Assembly (NCBI GenBank): GCA_016235815.1
Contig: JACRIM010000058.1
Coordinates: forward strand, 136,041 to 160,040
Length of the DNA stretch: 24,000 nt
Reading direction: 5' to 3'
Source: Planctomycetota bacterium
GTDB taxonomy: Bacteria; Planctomycetota; Phycisphaerae; UBA1845; UTPLA1
Both the position numbers and the translations under genes were made by a program. The first letter of the stretch is position 1. Every line of letters starts with the position of its first letter. Below, one piece after another: positions 1-8,636 of this stretch. The notes beneath the pieces were generated by a model. It saw only the letters and a program-made list of their open reading frames with translations, was not told the DNA's origin and searched no databases.

Positions 1-147
1 AGCGCCCGCACGCTCCACCATTTCCATCGCTGCGGCCGCCAACGCAGCCTGCCGAATGCGAACGCCGAGCGACCCCCAATCGTGCCGCGCAAGTGGTTCG
101 CTTACGCGATCGCCATTCGTAAAAGTTGGAGGCCGGTGCGCATTCAT
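1..147 (-). CDS. 5' end of an ORF running off the left edge (49 codons: MNAHRPPTFTNGDRVSEPLARHDWGSLGVRIRQAALAAAAMEMVERAGA...); product not assignable
   Basis: Hand translation of the reverse strand from the ATG (complement of 145-147). The frame stays open to position 1, and this ATG is the first start after an in-frame stop near 270. The MERAGA string is reminiscent of YjeF/Nnr N-termini, but 49 aa is too little to make that call. Confidence 0.3.
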   Translation of the reverse strand, partial: MNAHRPPTFTNGDRVSEPLARHDWGSLGVRIRQAALAAAAMEMVERAGA

Positions 148-410
148 CCCTAGTCCAGCGGCATGAGGCGGGGTTGCATCGCAATTCCATCGCGCAACGA
201 AGGGTCGGATAACCGGGAGTGACGTCGAGAATGCGTTACCTGCGGCGTCTGTAACTCTTTTGCCTATACGCGGTTAAATGTCGAATCGAACGGTGGACCC
301 CGCCTTGAAAATCGCAAAAACGAGGTCCGTTCAAACGTGCGCCCAGGCGCAGAAGATGCACGGTGTGTGGCATGAATATGCCGACGTTTGGAGTTCCCCA
401 GGCGTGTTAG

Positions 411-1583
411 TCAGTCAATCGCTGCGGTCGTCTCAAGTGCCGAAGCGACCGTCTTTCCGTCCCCATCCCCAACCAGCGCCAACATGCGATCGAGCGAAAT
501 CCTCGCGAGTGTTCGCGTCTCCGGGTCAACACGAATCTGATTCACAATTCGCCCTGCGGCAAGCTCGTCGAGGCACCAGAGCAGGTGTTTCAAATCGATG
601 CGAAACATCGTCGTGCACAAACACTGAATCCCCGACAGAAGCCGTACGGTCTTGACTCCCTCAAATCGCTGGGCGAGTCGATGCACCAAATGAACCTCGG
701 TACCCACGGCCCATTTCGAACCCGGCTCCGCGGCCTCGATCGTGCGGAGAATGAACTCCGTGCTTCCGGCCAGGTCGGCCTTCTGTACGACCGGCCAGTC
801 GCATTCCGGATGCACGATGACTTTGTACGTCGGGTCCGCAGCGCGAAGGTCGTCGATCTGCTCAGGCGTAAAGAGTTGATGGACGCTGCAATGCCCCTTC
901 CACAGGATGATCGCGGCATCGCGTACTTGCTCATCGGTGAGACCGCCTCGCTCCAGATTCGGGTCGTAGAGAACCATCGAATCAAGGGGCCAACCCATGT
1001 CGTAGGCCGTATTACGGCCGAGGTGTTGATCGGGCAGGAAGATGACCTTCCGCCGACCCTGGTAACCCCGCGGTGCTTCGTCCTGTAAGGCCCATTCGAG
1101 CACCTTGCGGGCATTGGAGCTGGTGCAACAGGCCCCCCCATGTCCACCGCAAAACGCCTTGATCGCCGCCGCGGAATTGACATAGGTGATTGGAACGAAG
1201 GTCGCGTTACTCGCGTTCGTCAGATGGTCCCAAGCCACTTCCAGCTGGTCGATGGCCGCCATGTCCGCCATGCTGCAACCAGCGGACAGGTCCGGCAAAA
1301 TGACCTTCACCGAGTCATTGGTAAGGATATCCGCCGATTCAGCCATGAAGTGAACGCCGCAAAAGACGACGAATTCCGCATCCTTTTGTGCGGCGGCCAG
1401 TTGCGAAAGTTTGAAACTATCGCCAGTAAAGTCGGCGAACTCGATTACTTCGTCTTGCTGATAATGGTGGCCGAGGATGACTAACTGTTTGCCAAAGCGG
1501 GACTTATGGTCACGGAGGGCCGCGCGCATTTCATCCGGTGTGAGCTTGGCATAGCGGGGCGCGAGGGGTGGTTGATACAGCAT
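411..1583 (-). CDS. nadA: quinolinate synthase NadA
   Basis: 390-aa ORF with ATG at 1583 and TGA at 411-413. Hallmark NadA strings occur in the right order: VILGHHYQ..EVIEFADFTGDS, GVHFMAESADIL, SAGCSMA, VIVHPEC. The length fits the long NadA type. Confidence 0.9.
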   Translation of the reverse strand: MLYQPPLAPRYAKLTPDEMRAALRDHKSRFGKQLVILGHHYQQDEVIEFADFTGDSFKLSQLAAAQKDAEFVVFCGVHFMAESADILTNDSVKVILPDLSAGCSMADMAAIDQLEVAWDHLTNASNATFVPITYVNSAAAIKAFCGGHGGACCTSSNARKVLEWALQDEAPRGYQGRRKVIFLPDQHLGRNTAYDMGWPLDSMVLYDPNLERGGLTDEQVRDAAIILWKGHCSVHQLFTPEQIDDLRAADPTYKVIVHPECDWPVVQKADLAGSTEFILRTIEAAEPGSKWAVGTEVHLVHRLAQRFEGVKTVRLLSGIQCLCTTMFRIDLKHLLWCLDELAAGRIVNQIRVDPETRTLARISLDRMLALVGDGDGKTVASALETTAAID

Positions 1584-1768
1584 GAATGTTACCGATCGTC
1601 TCTATACGGCATTCTAGCGGTCGATGGTTCGGCCCACCGTGTTGGAAAAATTCCTGTGAAACTCAATACGACGCATCGCGCCTAACGGTTCTAACTGCTT
1701 GAGGGGCAATGCCTTAGAAATACAACATTCACGATTACGGTCGCGCCAGATTTCAATGAACATTTTCG

Positions 1769-1798
1769 TTGCCGGGGCATAAATACCCTATGTATAAT
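1769..1798 (+). promoter_or_regulatory. candidate sigma70-type promoter for the 1824 ORF
   Basis: TTGCCG (1769-1774), an 18-nt spacer, then TATAAT (1793-1798), ending 25 nt before the ATG at 1824. This is a pattern match only. Confidence 0.3.
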
Positions 1799-1823
1799 AG
1801 CCCATCAGCCGCAAACCCCATGG

Positions 1824-2426
1824 ATGGCTGACATGCTGGAAAACACTCGTAAGGATAATCCCTTGGAACTCGGCCTGACCAAGCAACGCAGCTCCGACCT
1901 GAATTTCTTCCTGTATCGCCGCGCGCTACACCCGGAGCTGTTCCACATTTATCTCGATAAGCATATTTCCTACGGCAACTTCCATGCCGACATCTGGGTC
2001 CTCGGCCTCAGCCACCTGGTGACGCTCCATTCCAACGGCACCATGGTAACGGAACTGGCCGCCGTTCCCAGCGATCTGCTGACCGACCGTAATCTGGTCA
2101 CGCAATTCCGCTTCCGCGGCGAGCGCGACTTCCAGATCCGCTTCAGCGACACCATGCGGTACATCTTCAGCAGCCAGGTCGAGGAGATGTCCGAACACAT
2201 CTTCCGCACGACCTACCGCGACCTGTCCCGCTACGCCCAGCAGAAGGGCCTGTACGTCCCCTATCCCCAGTGGACCTCCAACGGGATGGAGCCGTTCAGC
2301 TTCCTCGACTACGAGATGCGGCAGCATGAACTTCACGTTCATGCCTACCACACCTTCCCCGGTGAATGGCGCATCCTGCGGACGCAGTCCATCTTCGAAA
2401 CCGGCCCCACCAATCGGCGATCCTAA
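1824..2426 (+). CDS. conserved-looking hypothetical cytoplasmic protein (200 aa)
   Basis: Long ORF with protein-like composition and no signal peptide or TM segment. An alternative ATG lies at 1833. The LGLSHLV ... HVHAYHTFPGEW pattern weakly reminds me of DUF2617-type proteins; this is unverified recollection. Confidence 0.6.
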   Translation: MADMLENTRKDNPLELGLTKQRSSDLNFFLYRRALHPELFHIYLDKHISYGNFHADIWVLGLSHLVTLHSNGTMVTELAAVPSDLLTDRNLVTQFRFRGERDFQIRFSDTMRYIFSSQVEEMSEHIFRTTYRDLSRYAQQKGLYVPYPQWTSNGMEPFSFLDYEMRQHELHVHAYHTFPGEWRILRTQSIFETGPTNRRS

Positions 2427-2647
2427 GCTGACGTGGGATCGATGAATTCATAATTAATCGCAATCCCGCTGGACGGCGCGATGGAAGGTCTAAGTGCCTG
2501 TCAGGAAGTACTTTGTCAGGCGCTTCCACTTTCATTCCGCAGGCTGGGTAATGGCTGAACTACACAGGCGGGTGCTTTGTGTCGGTTGTCCAATTCGTTC
2601 CCGGCTAGAATTAGATGGGCGACTTGGAAACGGACAGGAGGCATTAC

Positions 2648-4477
2648 ATGTCACGACCTCGCATTGTCCTCTTGACGACGCTGCCATTTGTGTTCGCAAC
2701 GCTCGCGTCGGCGGAAGGCACGAAGTTTCCCGGCAACGAGAATGCCAGTACTGCTTCGATACTGACTGCGCTCGGGGTACCGCCGTCGATGATTCGCGGC
2801 ATGCCCCAATCGAATGGCACGACTCCCCTCAAGTCGCGCGACGTACCCAGATTTGGCGATCATGCGACACCCCGAGGAATCGCATTCCCCGAGTCGGAGT
2901 TGGTCCAGGGCGGGGCAGTCGCCAATGACGAATTTGGGTGGTCGGTCCATGCACGAGGAAACACATCCATTGTCAGCGCCCACCGTCACGCGGTGAACGG
3001 CCCACAATCCGGCGCGGCCTATGTCTATATTCGCGACAATAACCAATGGACCCAACAAGCCATGCTTTCCCCAACGGACGGGACGACACAAGACTGGTTT
3101 GGCTATTCTGTGGCGGTCGATGGTAACACCGCAATCGTTGGCGCTGTTTTCGCGGACATCGCCGGCAACTTGATGCACGGCGCGGTCTATATTTTCGTTC
3201 GAACCGGCCAGACTTGGACGCAGCAGGCCAAAATAATCCCCCCTGCAAACCGTCAGGGATCCCTCTATGGATGGTCTGTAGCGATCGAAGGAGATACGGC
3301 CGTGGTCGGCGCGCCCTTTTATCATGCGACCTACCAATACCAAGGGCGAGTGTTTGTTTACCAGCGTTTAAACAACGTCTGGTCGCTTGCTGCTGACCTA
3401 ACGGCTCCCGATGGTGAACAAACCGATTACCTGGGCACCTGTGTTGCGATTGACAATGGAACCCTCGTGGCCACGGCACCATTTGCAGTGAATCAAAGTG
3501 GCTCTGCGACCGGTGCTGCGTATGTCTACACGAAGCCTGCAGCCACATGGACTGAACAGGCAAGATTATCGCCAACTGAAAACGATGCGGGGGCCCAGAT
3601 GGGCCTCGCGGCCGCGCTCGATAGCGATACCGCCGTATTCGGCGCACCATACACAACCACGGCCACGGGTAGTTGCTATGTATTCCATCGGAGCAGCGGC
3701 ATATGGACTCAGAGTGCCCGATTGACCGCATCGGATGGCATTGAGGATGATCGATTCGGTCAAGGCGTTGACATGTCAGGGCCGTTGCTCGTTGTCGGCG
3801 CCAATGGCACCGGCACTTGGCAGGGCTCTGCTTATCTCTTTTCGAATTGCTCAGGGCCGTGGACCGAATTCGCACGCATCGATGCCTCCGAGAGCGAGCC
3901 CAGTGATTATTATGCAGAAGCAGTTACGACCAATGGGCACCAGGTGATCGCCAGCGCACACCGAAAGGCCGGCAGCGCTGGCGCAGGCCAGGGCCGTGTC
4001 TATTCATATGAAGTTCAAATGCTTCCGCACTCGGAGATGCTGGTCGGTCCTTCAATGACCGAACTATGCTCTGCAACCATCGTCTCACTGAATGTGCAGC
4101 CATCAGAAATCGGGATGGAGTATGCCGTGCAAGTCGATGGTACCGATGCCGGAGTTTCAGTTCCGGGAAACGGAGCGGACATTGTCGTCTCGGGACAAGT
4201 GACGTCGCCCATTGCCAAGAACGCGTCGTTGTCCGTTCGTGCCACCAATCCAATTTCCTCGTGCAGTGTTACGTTGCAATATGTTCAGACCGTATGGATT
4301 TGGCCGAATGGCGATGCAGGCCAGCCTGTCAGCGGAGCCGACATCCAGTCCTTCCTGGATTCGCTGTTGAACAACGCCACCCCCGGGGAAGTGTATTGTC
4401 ATTTCGACTTTACTGGCGACGGCGTAGTATCGAATGCGGACATCGATGCATTTGTCGCCTCCGCGCTGAATCAGTAA
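2648..4477 (+). CDS. secreted seven-blade FG-GAP (integrin-alpha-like) beta-propeller protein with C-terminal dockerin-like calcium-loop pair
   Basis: The ATG at 2648 is preceded by GGAGG (2637-2641) with a 6-nt spacer; the track start at 2615 is rejected. Signal peptide is MSRPRIVLLTTLPFVFATLASAEG. There are seven repeats of the type FG[WY]SV.[VI].G.TA[IV]VGAP ... G[AR][AV]Y[VI][FY] ... W[TS][QE]. The C-terminus is NGDAGQPVSGADIQSFLDSLL ... DFTGDGVVSNADIDAFVASAL. Confidence 0.8.
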   Translation: MSRPRIVLLTTLPFVFATLASAEGTKFPGNENASTASILTALGVPPSMIRGMPQSNGTTPLKSRDVPRFGDHATPRGIAFPESELVQGGAVANDEFGWSVHARGNTSIVSAHRHAVNGPQSGAAYVYIRDNNQWTQQAMLSPTDGTTQDWFGYSVAVDGNTAIVGAVFADIAGNLMHGAVYIFVRTGQTWTQQAKIIPPANRQGSLYGWSVAIEGDTAVVGAPFYHATYQYQGRVFVYQRLNNVWSLAADLTAPDGEQTDYLGTCVAIDNGTLVATAPFAVNQSGSATGAAYVYTKPAATWTEQARLSPTENDAGAQMGLAAALDSDTAVFGAPYTTTATGSCYVFHRSSGIWTQSARLTASDGIEDDRFGQGVDMSGPLLVVGANGTGTWQGSAYLFSNCSGPWTEFARIDASESEPSDYYAEAVTTNGHQVIASAHRKAGSAGAGQGRVYSYEVQMLPHSEMLVGPSMTELCSATIVSLNVQPSEIGMEYAVQVDGTDAGVSVPGNGADIVVSGQVTSPIAKNASLSVRATNPISSCSVTLQYVQTVWIWPNGDAGQPVSGADIQSFLDSLLNNATPGEVYCHFDFTGDGVVSNADIDAFVASALNQ

Positions 4478-4549
4478 TCAGCTCTATCACCCCGTCGGAT
4501 TATTCAAAAGAATGTCTCGATGGAAGAACCACCGACTAAGGAGGCGTTT

Positions 4550-5017
4550 CTACTGCGGTGCCGACGTCGGGAACTTTGGCAAATGAACTTCCATCGGGTC
4601 CTGCGGCAATGCGAAGACCATGCGATAAACGTTGGTTCCGCCGCCCGCCGCTACGAAATATGTGCGACCGCGAATGAGCGGCTTCGGTCGTTCACCCTTG
4701 TCTGGAAAAATCTGTTCAAACCCGCGAGGGGGCTCCCCATACACGATGGCAAAACCCCGGGCCTCAGCACCGCCACCTTCCGTCGCCGCAAGTTGCCACA
4801 CCAATTCATCCTGATCGTTGGCTATCGCGAACTCCGTGACGCGCGGCGACTTAAACGGACGAGGCCACCCCTGATGATCGATGACAAATCGCATCGGAGC
4901 CGTTGAGTAATCGATCAGGACAGCCTGAGGCTTCTGGCACCCGGCAAGGAGGCCTGGCGCGACGACAACGATTAGGCAGATGGCCGAAGGAGCCGGCCGA
5001 CATGAGATGAATCGCAT
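4550..5017 (-). CDS. hypothetical lipoprotein (155 aa)
   Basis: The internal ATG at 5017 gives MRFISCRPAPSAICLIVVVAPGLLAGC with lipobox LLAGC. The track start at 5119 would overlap bioY by 89 nt, whereas the 5017 start lies 13 nt after the bioY stop. Confidence 0.6.
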   Translation of the reverse strand: MRFISCRPAPSAICLIVVVAPGLLAGCQKPQAVLIDYSTAPMRFVIDHQGWPRPFKSPRVTEFAIANDQDELVWQLAATEGGGAEARGFAIVYGEPPRGFEQIFPDKGERPKPLIRGRTYFVAAGGGTNVYRMVFALPQDPMEVHLPKFPTSAPQ

Positions 5018-5030
5018 TGAGGGATTCGCG

Positions 5031-5603
5031 TCAGACCGTGCGATGGTTGTTCCCCACCAGCTTCCACGCGGCAGGAAGCGCCGTCGCCGCAAGCAGAATC
5101 TTGAGTGCGTCACCGACAAGAAACTTCACAATGCCGTCGGCCACCGCAAGCTGAGCGCCGACAAACGCGGACAACCACATGGCTCCAACAAAGAGAATAA
5201 TGGCGTTACCGATGGCCAATGCGGAGACAGCAGTTACAAATCGTCGATCCCATCCACGTTCAGCAAGCCATCCCACGACATACGCTGCCGGTACGAATGA
5301 AAGAAGGTAACCGGCGGTCGGCCCCATGAAGTAGGCCGGCCCCGCACCCGGATTGGCAAACACCGGCAGCCCGGAAAGGCCCTGAAGCAAATACGCCCCA
5401 ACCGCCAGCGCACCACGCCGACTGCCAAGCGCTGCACCCAGTAATATCACGGCCCAGGGTTGCATCGTGAACGGGATCGGCCCGCCGATACGAATCTTGG
5501 CGGAGGCAATAAGCAACAGGCTTCCGCCAAGCACGAGCAATGCGTCACGGATACGCGCCGATTGCCCGACTCGCGGTTGATACACAGCATCGCAAAAGGT
5601 CAT
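5031..5603 (-). CDS. bioY: biotin transporter BioY (ECF S-component type)
   Basis: 190-aa polytopic membrane protein with BioY-typical strings: IPFTMQPWAVILLGAALG, GPTAGYLLSF, KFLVGDALKILLAA. GAGGAA lies 7 nt upstream of the ATG at 5603. Confidence 0.85.
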   Translation of the reverse strand: MTFCDAVYQPRVGQSARIRDALLVLGGSLLLIASAKIRIGGPIPFTMQPWAVILLGAALGSRRGALAVGAYLLQGLSGLPVFANPGAGPAYFMGPTAGYLLSFVPAAYVVGWLAERGWDRRFVTAVSALAIGNAIILFVGAMWLSAFVGAQLAVADGIVKFLVGDALKILLAATALPAAWKLVGNNHRTV

Positions 5604-5630
5604 CGTGGGTTCCTCGGTCCGTTCACAGAC

Positions 5631-6536
5631 TTATTTCTTCGCCAGCATCGACACCGCGGCATCATAGGCGGCTTTGTCGGGCTGTGCGAAACCGGTTACG
5701 CCAAGCTGCTCGCAAAGCTTCTTGTCGTCCTTCGCCTTATTGAGCAGGAAGTTTTTCAGTTTTTCCGTTATCGCCGGGTCCGCCGACGGACCGGCGACGA
5801 ACACCATCTCCGGCAGCGCGGCCGTCTCGCCGATGATCTTGAACTGATCCTTTGACGGCCCGGTGAGCGGGTTACCGCCCGTGGCCGGCATCTTGCTCCA
5901 CATGATCTCATCAATGACGCCGGCGTTGACGGTCAAATCCAGCGTGATCGCGGATGCTGCATTGTTCGCATAGAGGCGGCCCTCCATCGCCAACGGCGGC
6001 GGGAGCAACTCCGGAAGAATCTTTTTCATCGGCACGCCGTTCGACTCGAGCGTCTTGCGGGCCACCACATCCGTCAGAGCATCGCCATAAGTGCCGAATG
6101 CGAATCGCTTGTCCGAGCAATCGCTGATCGCCTTGAAACGGCTGTCCGTCGCGCGGGCAATGATGTGCGCCTGACGCGATGTCTTGCCCAGCGTGTTCAT
6201 CGCGCTGGCGATCAATGTCACCTTGGACGCATCAGGCAATGCGGCATACTCCGCCGCTGTCAGCATCGCATACGCCATGTTGCCCATTTCCAACTGACGT
6301 CCGATGGCGTTGCCATTGGGCTGGGCATTAAACCGCACCGGCCTGCCGAGGGCGGATTCCAGCGCGGGGTGAAGTGCGCGATACTCAGCCGGCAGGCCGA
6401 ACAAATCCGGCTTGGTCGTCCCAATGGCGACCATCGACTGCTTCATCGAACCGCCGGAACCCGCCTCACAGCCAACCGCGAAGACAATGAACAACCCGCA
6501 ACACGCATGACAGAAAGTGTGAACGCGTCGGTACAT
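5631..6536 (-). CDS. PhnD-family periplasmic substrate-binding lipoprotein (ligand unknown)
   Basis: The ATG at 6536 gives MYRRVHTFCHACCGLFIVFAVGC (lipobox AVGC); the track start at 6560 is a TTG. The overall pattern matches phosphonate/phosphite-type binding proteins: LG.PV.F ... A.L.AAEYA ... ISD...KRFAFG ... LE..GV ... AGVIDE ... GF...D..YD. Confidence 0.6.
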   Translation of the reverse strand: MYRRVHTFCHACCGLFIVFAVGCEAGSGGSMKQSMVAIGTTKPDLFGLPAEYRALHPALESALGRPVRFNAQPNGNAIGRQLEMGNMAYAMLTAAEYAALPDASKVTLIASAMNTLGKTSRQAHIIARATDSRFKAISDCSDKRFAFGTYGDALTDVVARKTLESNGVPMKKILPELLPPPLAMEGRLYANNAASAITLDLTVNAGVIDEIMWSKMPATGGNPLTGPSKDQFKIIGETAALPEMVFVAGPSADPAITEKLKNFLLNKAKDDKKLCEQLGVTGFAQPDKAAYDAAVSMLAKK

Positions 6537-6650
6537 GTCGGATGCAACCTCCAATACCAATTATGTCGGCCGGTGCATACCCCGCCAACGACCGCAGTAT
6601 ATGCGCTGCAAAACGGCACTCAAGCCCATAAAGCCTGACCCCTCAAGGGC

Positions 6651-7985
6651 CTAGCGAAATCGAGAATGCCCGCGGACGAGCTTGGCCAGTTCCGCCGTCG
6701 AGCCTGAATCGAGATCGTACCCAATGCGCACAGCGGGCTTGTTAATCGTCAATAGTTTGGCGAGATCGATGGGAGTGCCGATCAAGACGAGATCACACGG
6801 CGTGGCATTGATGCTCGCCTGCAAATCGGCCATCTGACCCGCGCCATATCCCATGGCCGGGAGTATGTCGGTCAGGTGCCGGTACTTTTCATACACCTTG
6901 CGAATGGAGCCGACCGCATAGGGCCGAGGGTCCACGATCGTCGCCGCGCCAAACTGCCTCGCCGCAACGTGCCCCGCACCGATCCGCATCTCCCCATGCG
7001 TAAGCGTCGGGCCGTCTTCGACAACCAGCACACTCCGCCCCTTGATCGCGCCCGAGTTCGCGCACGAAATCTCAGACTTCGCCCGGATTACGGTGGCCCG
7101 CGGATTCAGCCGCCGCGCGTTTTCCTCCACAACGGCAATCCCCGCGGCGTCGGCCGTATCCACCTTGTTAATCAAGATCACGTCGGCTATACGGAAATTG
7201 GTCTCACCCGGGTAGTAGCCGCATTCGTGGCCCGGCCGATGCGGGTCGGCCACGGTGATCATCAAATCCGGCTTGAAGAATGGCGTGTCGTTATTGCCGC
7301 CATCCCAGAGGATAACGTCCGCCTCACGCTCGGCCGCCCGTAGAATCTCCTGATAGTCAACACCGGCAAACAGCAAATTCCCATTGGCAATGTGCAGCTC
7401 GTATTCCTCCCGCTCCTCAATCGTGCATTCATGTCGATCCATATCCGCCAGTTCGCCGAATCGCTGGCACACCTGCCGCGTTAAGTCTCCATAAGGCATC
7501 GGGTGTCGCACAACGGCAATCCGCTTGCCCATGGCCCGGAGTGTTTCCGCGATCCGTCGCGTCGTTTGACTCTTGCCGCACCCCGTGCGAACCGCACACA
7601 CCGCGATCACCGGCTTGGACGATGGCAGCATGGTGTCGCGCGTGCCCGCCAACTGAAACGCCGCCCCCGCCGCATTGACCCGCGCGGCCATGTGCATGAC
7701 ATAGGCGTGCGGCACGTCGGAATAGCTGAACACGACCAGATCAACTCGGTGATCGCGAATCAACGATTCAAGCTGTTCCTCGGGGAAAATCGAAATGCCT
7801 TCCGGGTACCCCGGCCCCGCGAGCGCGGCTGGATATACTCGTCCCTCAATGTTGGGGATCTGCGTGGCCGTAAAGGCAACCACGCGATACGGAGGTCGGC
7901 CCCGAAAACAACAATTGAAATTATGAAAGTCGCGCCCAGCGGCGCCCATGATGAGAACGCGAATGGAAGAATTGCCGTCGGACAT
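6651..7985 (-). CDS. cyclic 2,3-diphosphoglycerate synthetase-like P-loop protein
   Basis: 444 aa. The N-terminal VLIMGAAGRDFHNFN..FRG...YRVVAFTATQIPNIEGR.YP, the P-loop-like AVRTGCGKSQTT, RHPMPYGDL and CTIEEREEYE match my memory of the cDPG-synthetase family found in methanogens and scattered bacteria. GAGGG lies 7 nt upstream of the ATG at 7985. Confidence 0.6.
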   Translation of the reverse strand: MSDGNSSIRVLIMGAAGRDFHNFNCCFRGRPPYRVVAFTATQIPNIEGRVYPAALAGPGYPEGISIFPEEQLESLIRDHRVDLVVFSYSDVPHAYVMHMAARVNAAGAAFQLAGTRDTMLPSSKPVIAVCAVRTGCGKSQTTRRIAETLRAMGKRIAVVRHPMPYGDLTRQVCQRFGELADMDRHECTIEEREEYELHIANGNLLFAGVDYQEILRAAEREADVILWDGGNNDTPFFKPDLMITVADPHRPGHECGYYPGETNFRIADVILINKVDTADAAGIAVVEENARRLNPRATVIRAKSEISCANSGAIKGRSVLVVEDGPTLTHGEMRIGAGHVAARQFGAATIVDPRPYAVGSIRKVYEKYRHLTDILPAMGYGAGQMADLQASINATPCDLVLIGTPIDLAKLLTINKPAVRIGYDLDSGSTAELAKLVRGHSRFR

Positions 7986-8083
7986 AAAATGCCCTCAGGA
8001 TCGCAGGCGATCCACCGGATCATAGCAGGCCGGCGTGCGAACGGCATGGCACGTTTGAAACCGCGTGGACATTGGTCCGTTTG

Positions 8084-8602
8084 CTATTTGGGCCGGGAAC
8101 CGACGGGAATAACCACCCCATCATCCAGCCGTAGAAACGTCACGCTGTCCGCAGCGACATCAAGCAACGCGACCGACTTAACGGCCGCGCGATACAGCGC
8201 ACCGGGATTGATGACGCGACACCCGTTGAACAGCGAATCGGAATAGAGATGCGTGTGCCCGTGGAGTACGTAGTGAAAATGCCCGCTCTCGATCGCGTCG
8301 GCGAACCCACGCTCATGTCCGTGAAATACGGCAATCCGCCGACCGTCGATTTCGAGTTCCGCACGCCCCTCCGGCCACGCCAGCCCGACCGACTGGACAT
8401 AGCGTCGCAAGGAGGGCGAAGGCGAATCACAGTTTCCCCATACGAACGTCACGTCATGACCGACGAATTCCGCCAGCACATCCTCGCCGCAGATGTCGCC
8501 GCAATGGATAAATCGCTCGGCCCCATGTTGTGCGAGCAAGGCCATTGCACGCGCCGTGGCGGATGCATCGCCGTGACTATCCGAAAGCAGACCCAGCACC
8601 AA
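8084..8602 (-). CDS. YfcE/MJ0936-type metallophosphoesterase
   Basis: Calcineurin-like motif series is present: LSDSHGD, HCGDI, WGNCD, FHGH, LHGHTH, with length about 170 aa. The start is non-ATG (TTG at 8602 or GTG at 8599), so the exact start is uncertain. Confidence 0.8.
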   Translation of the reverse strand: MVLGLLSDSHGDASATARAMALLAQHGAERFIHCGDICGEDVLAEFVGHDVTFVWGNCDSPSPSLRRYVQSVGLAWPEGRAELEIDGRRIAVFHGHERGFADAIESGHFHYVLHGHTHLYSDSLFNGCRVINPGALYRAAVKSVALLDVAADSVTFLRLDDGVVIPVGSRPK

Positions 8603-8636
8603 CGCGAAGACTCCCAGGGCCGCGGTCAGCCCAAAC

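Noticed and set aside
278-1484. ORFs 278-655 (+), 585-1088 (+), 590-1183 (-) and 1140-1484 (+)
   Set aside because: They overlap nadA in other frames, or extend from its 3' flank, and contain no motifs.
1584-1823. Possible riboswitch or NAD-regulator site upstream of nadA
   Set aside because: I could not find a conserved structured element or a recognisable palindromic operator. Only a generic -10/-35 pair for the opposite-direction gene is present.
2651-3875. Minus-strand ORFs 2651-3343 and 2973-3875, and small + ORFs inside the FG-GAP gene
   Set aside because: They are shadow frames with Arg/Cys/His-rich composition. The + frame shows seven clean FG-GAP blades.
4562-4571. Perfect palindrome CCGACGTCGG near the convergent gene ends
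   Set aside because: It lies inside the lipoprotein coding sequence, is too short for a stable terminator stem and has no U-tract.
7998-8013. GGATCGC-ag-GCGATCC hairpin between the phosphoesterase and cDPGS-like genes
   Set aside because: The stem is 7 bp with a 2-nt loop, which is sterically poor, and there is no U-tail. It is noted only as a possible minor 5'-UTR structure.
7503-8246. 247-aa + strand ORF spanning the cDPGS-like / phosphoesterase junction
   Set aside because: It is antisense to two well-supported genes and has Arg/His-rich composition.
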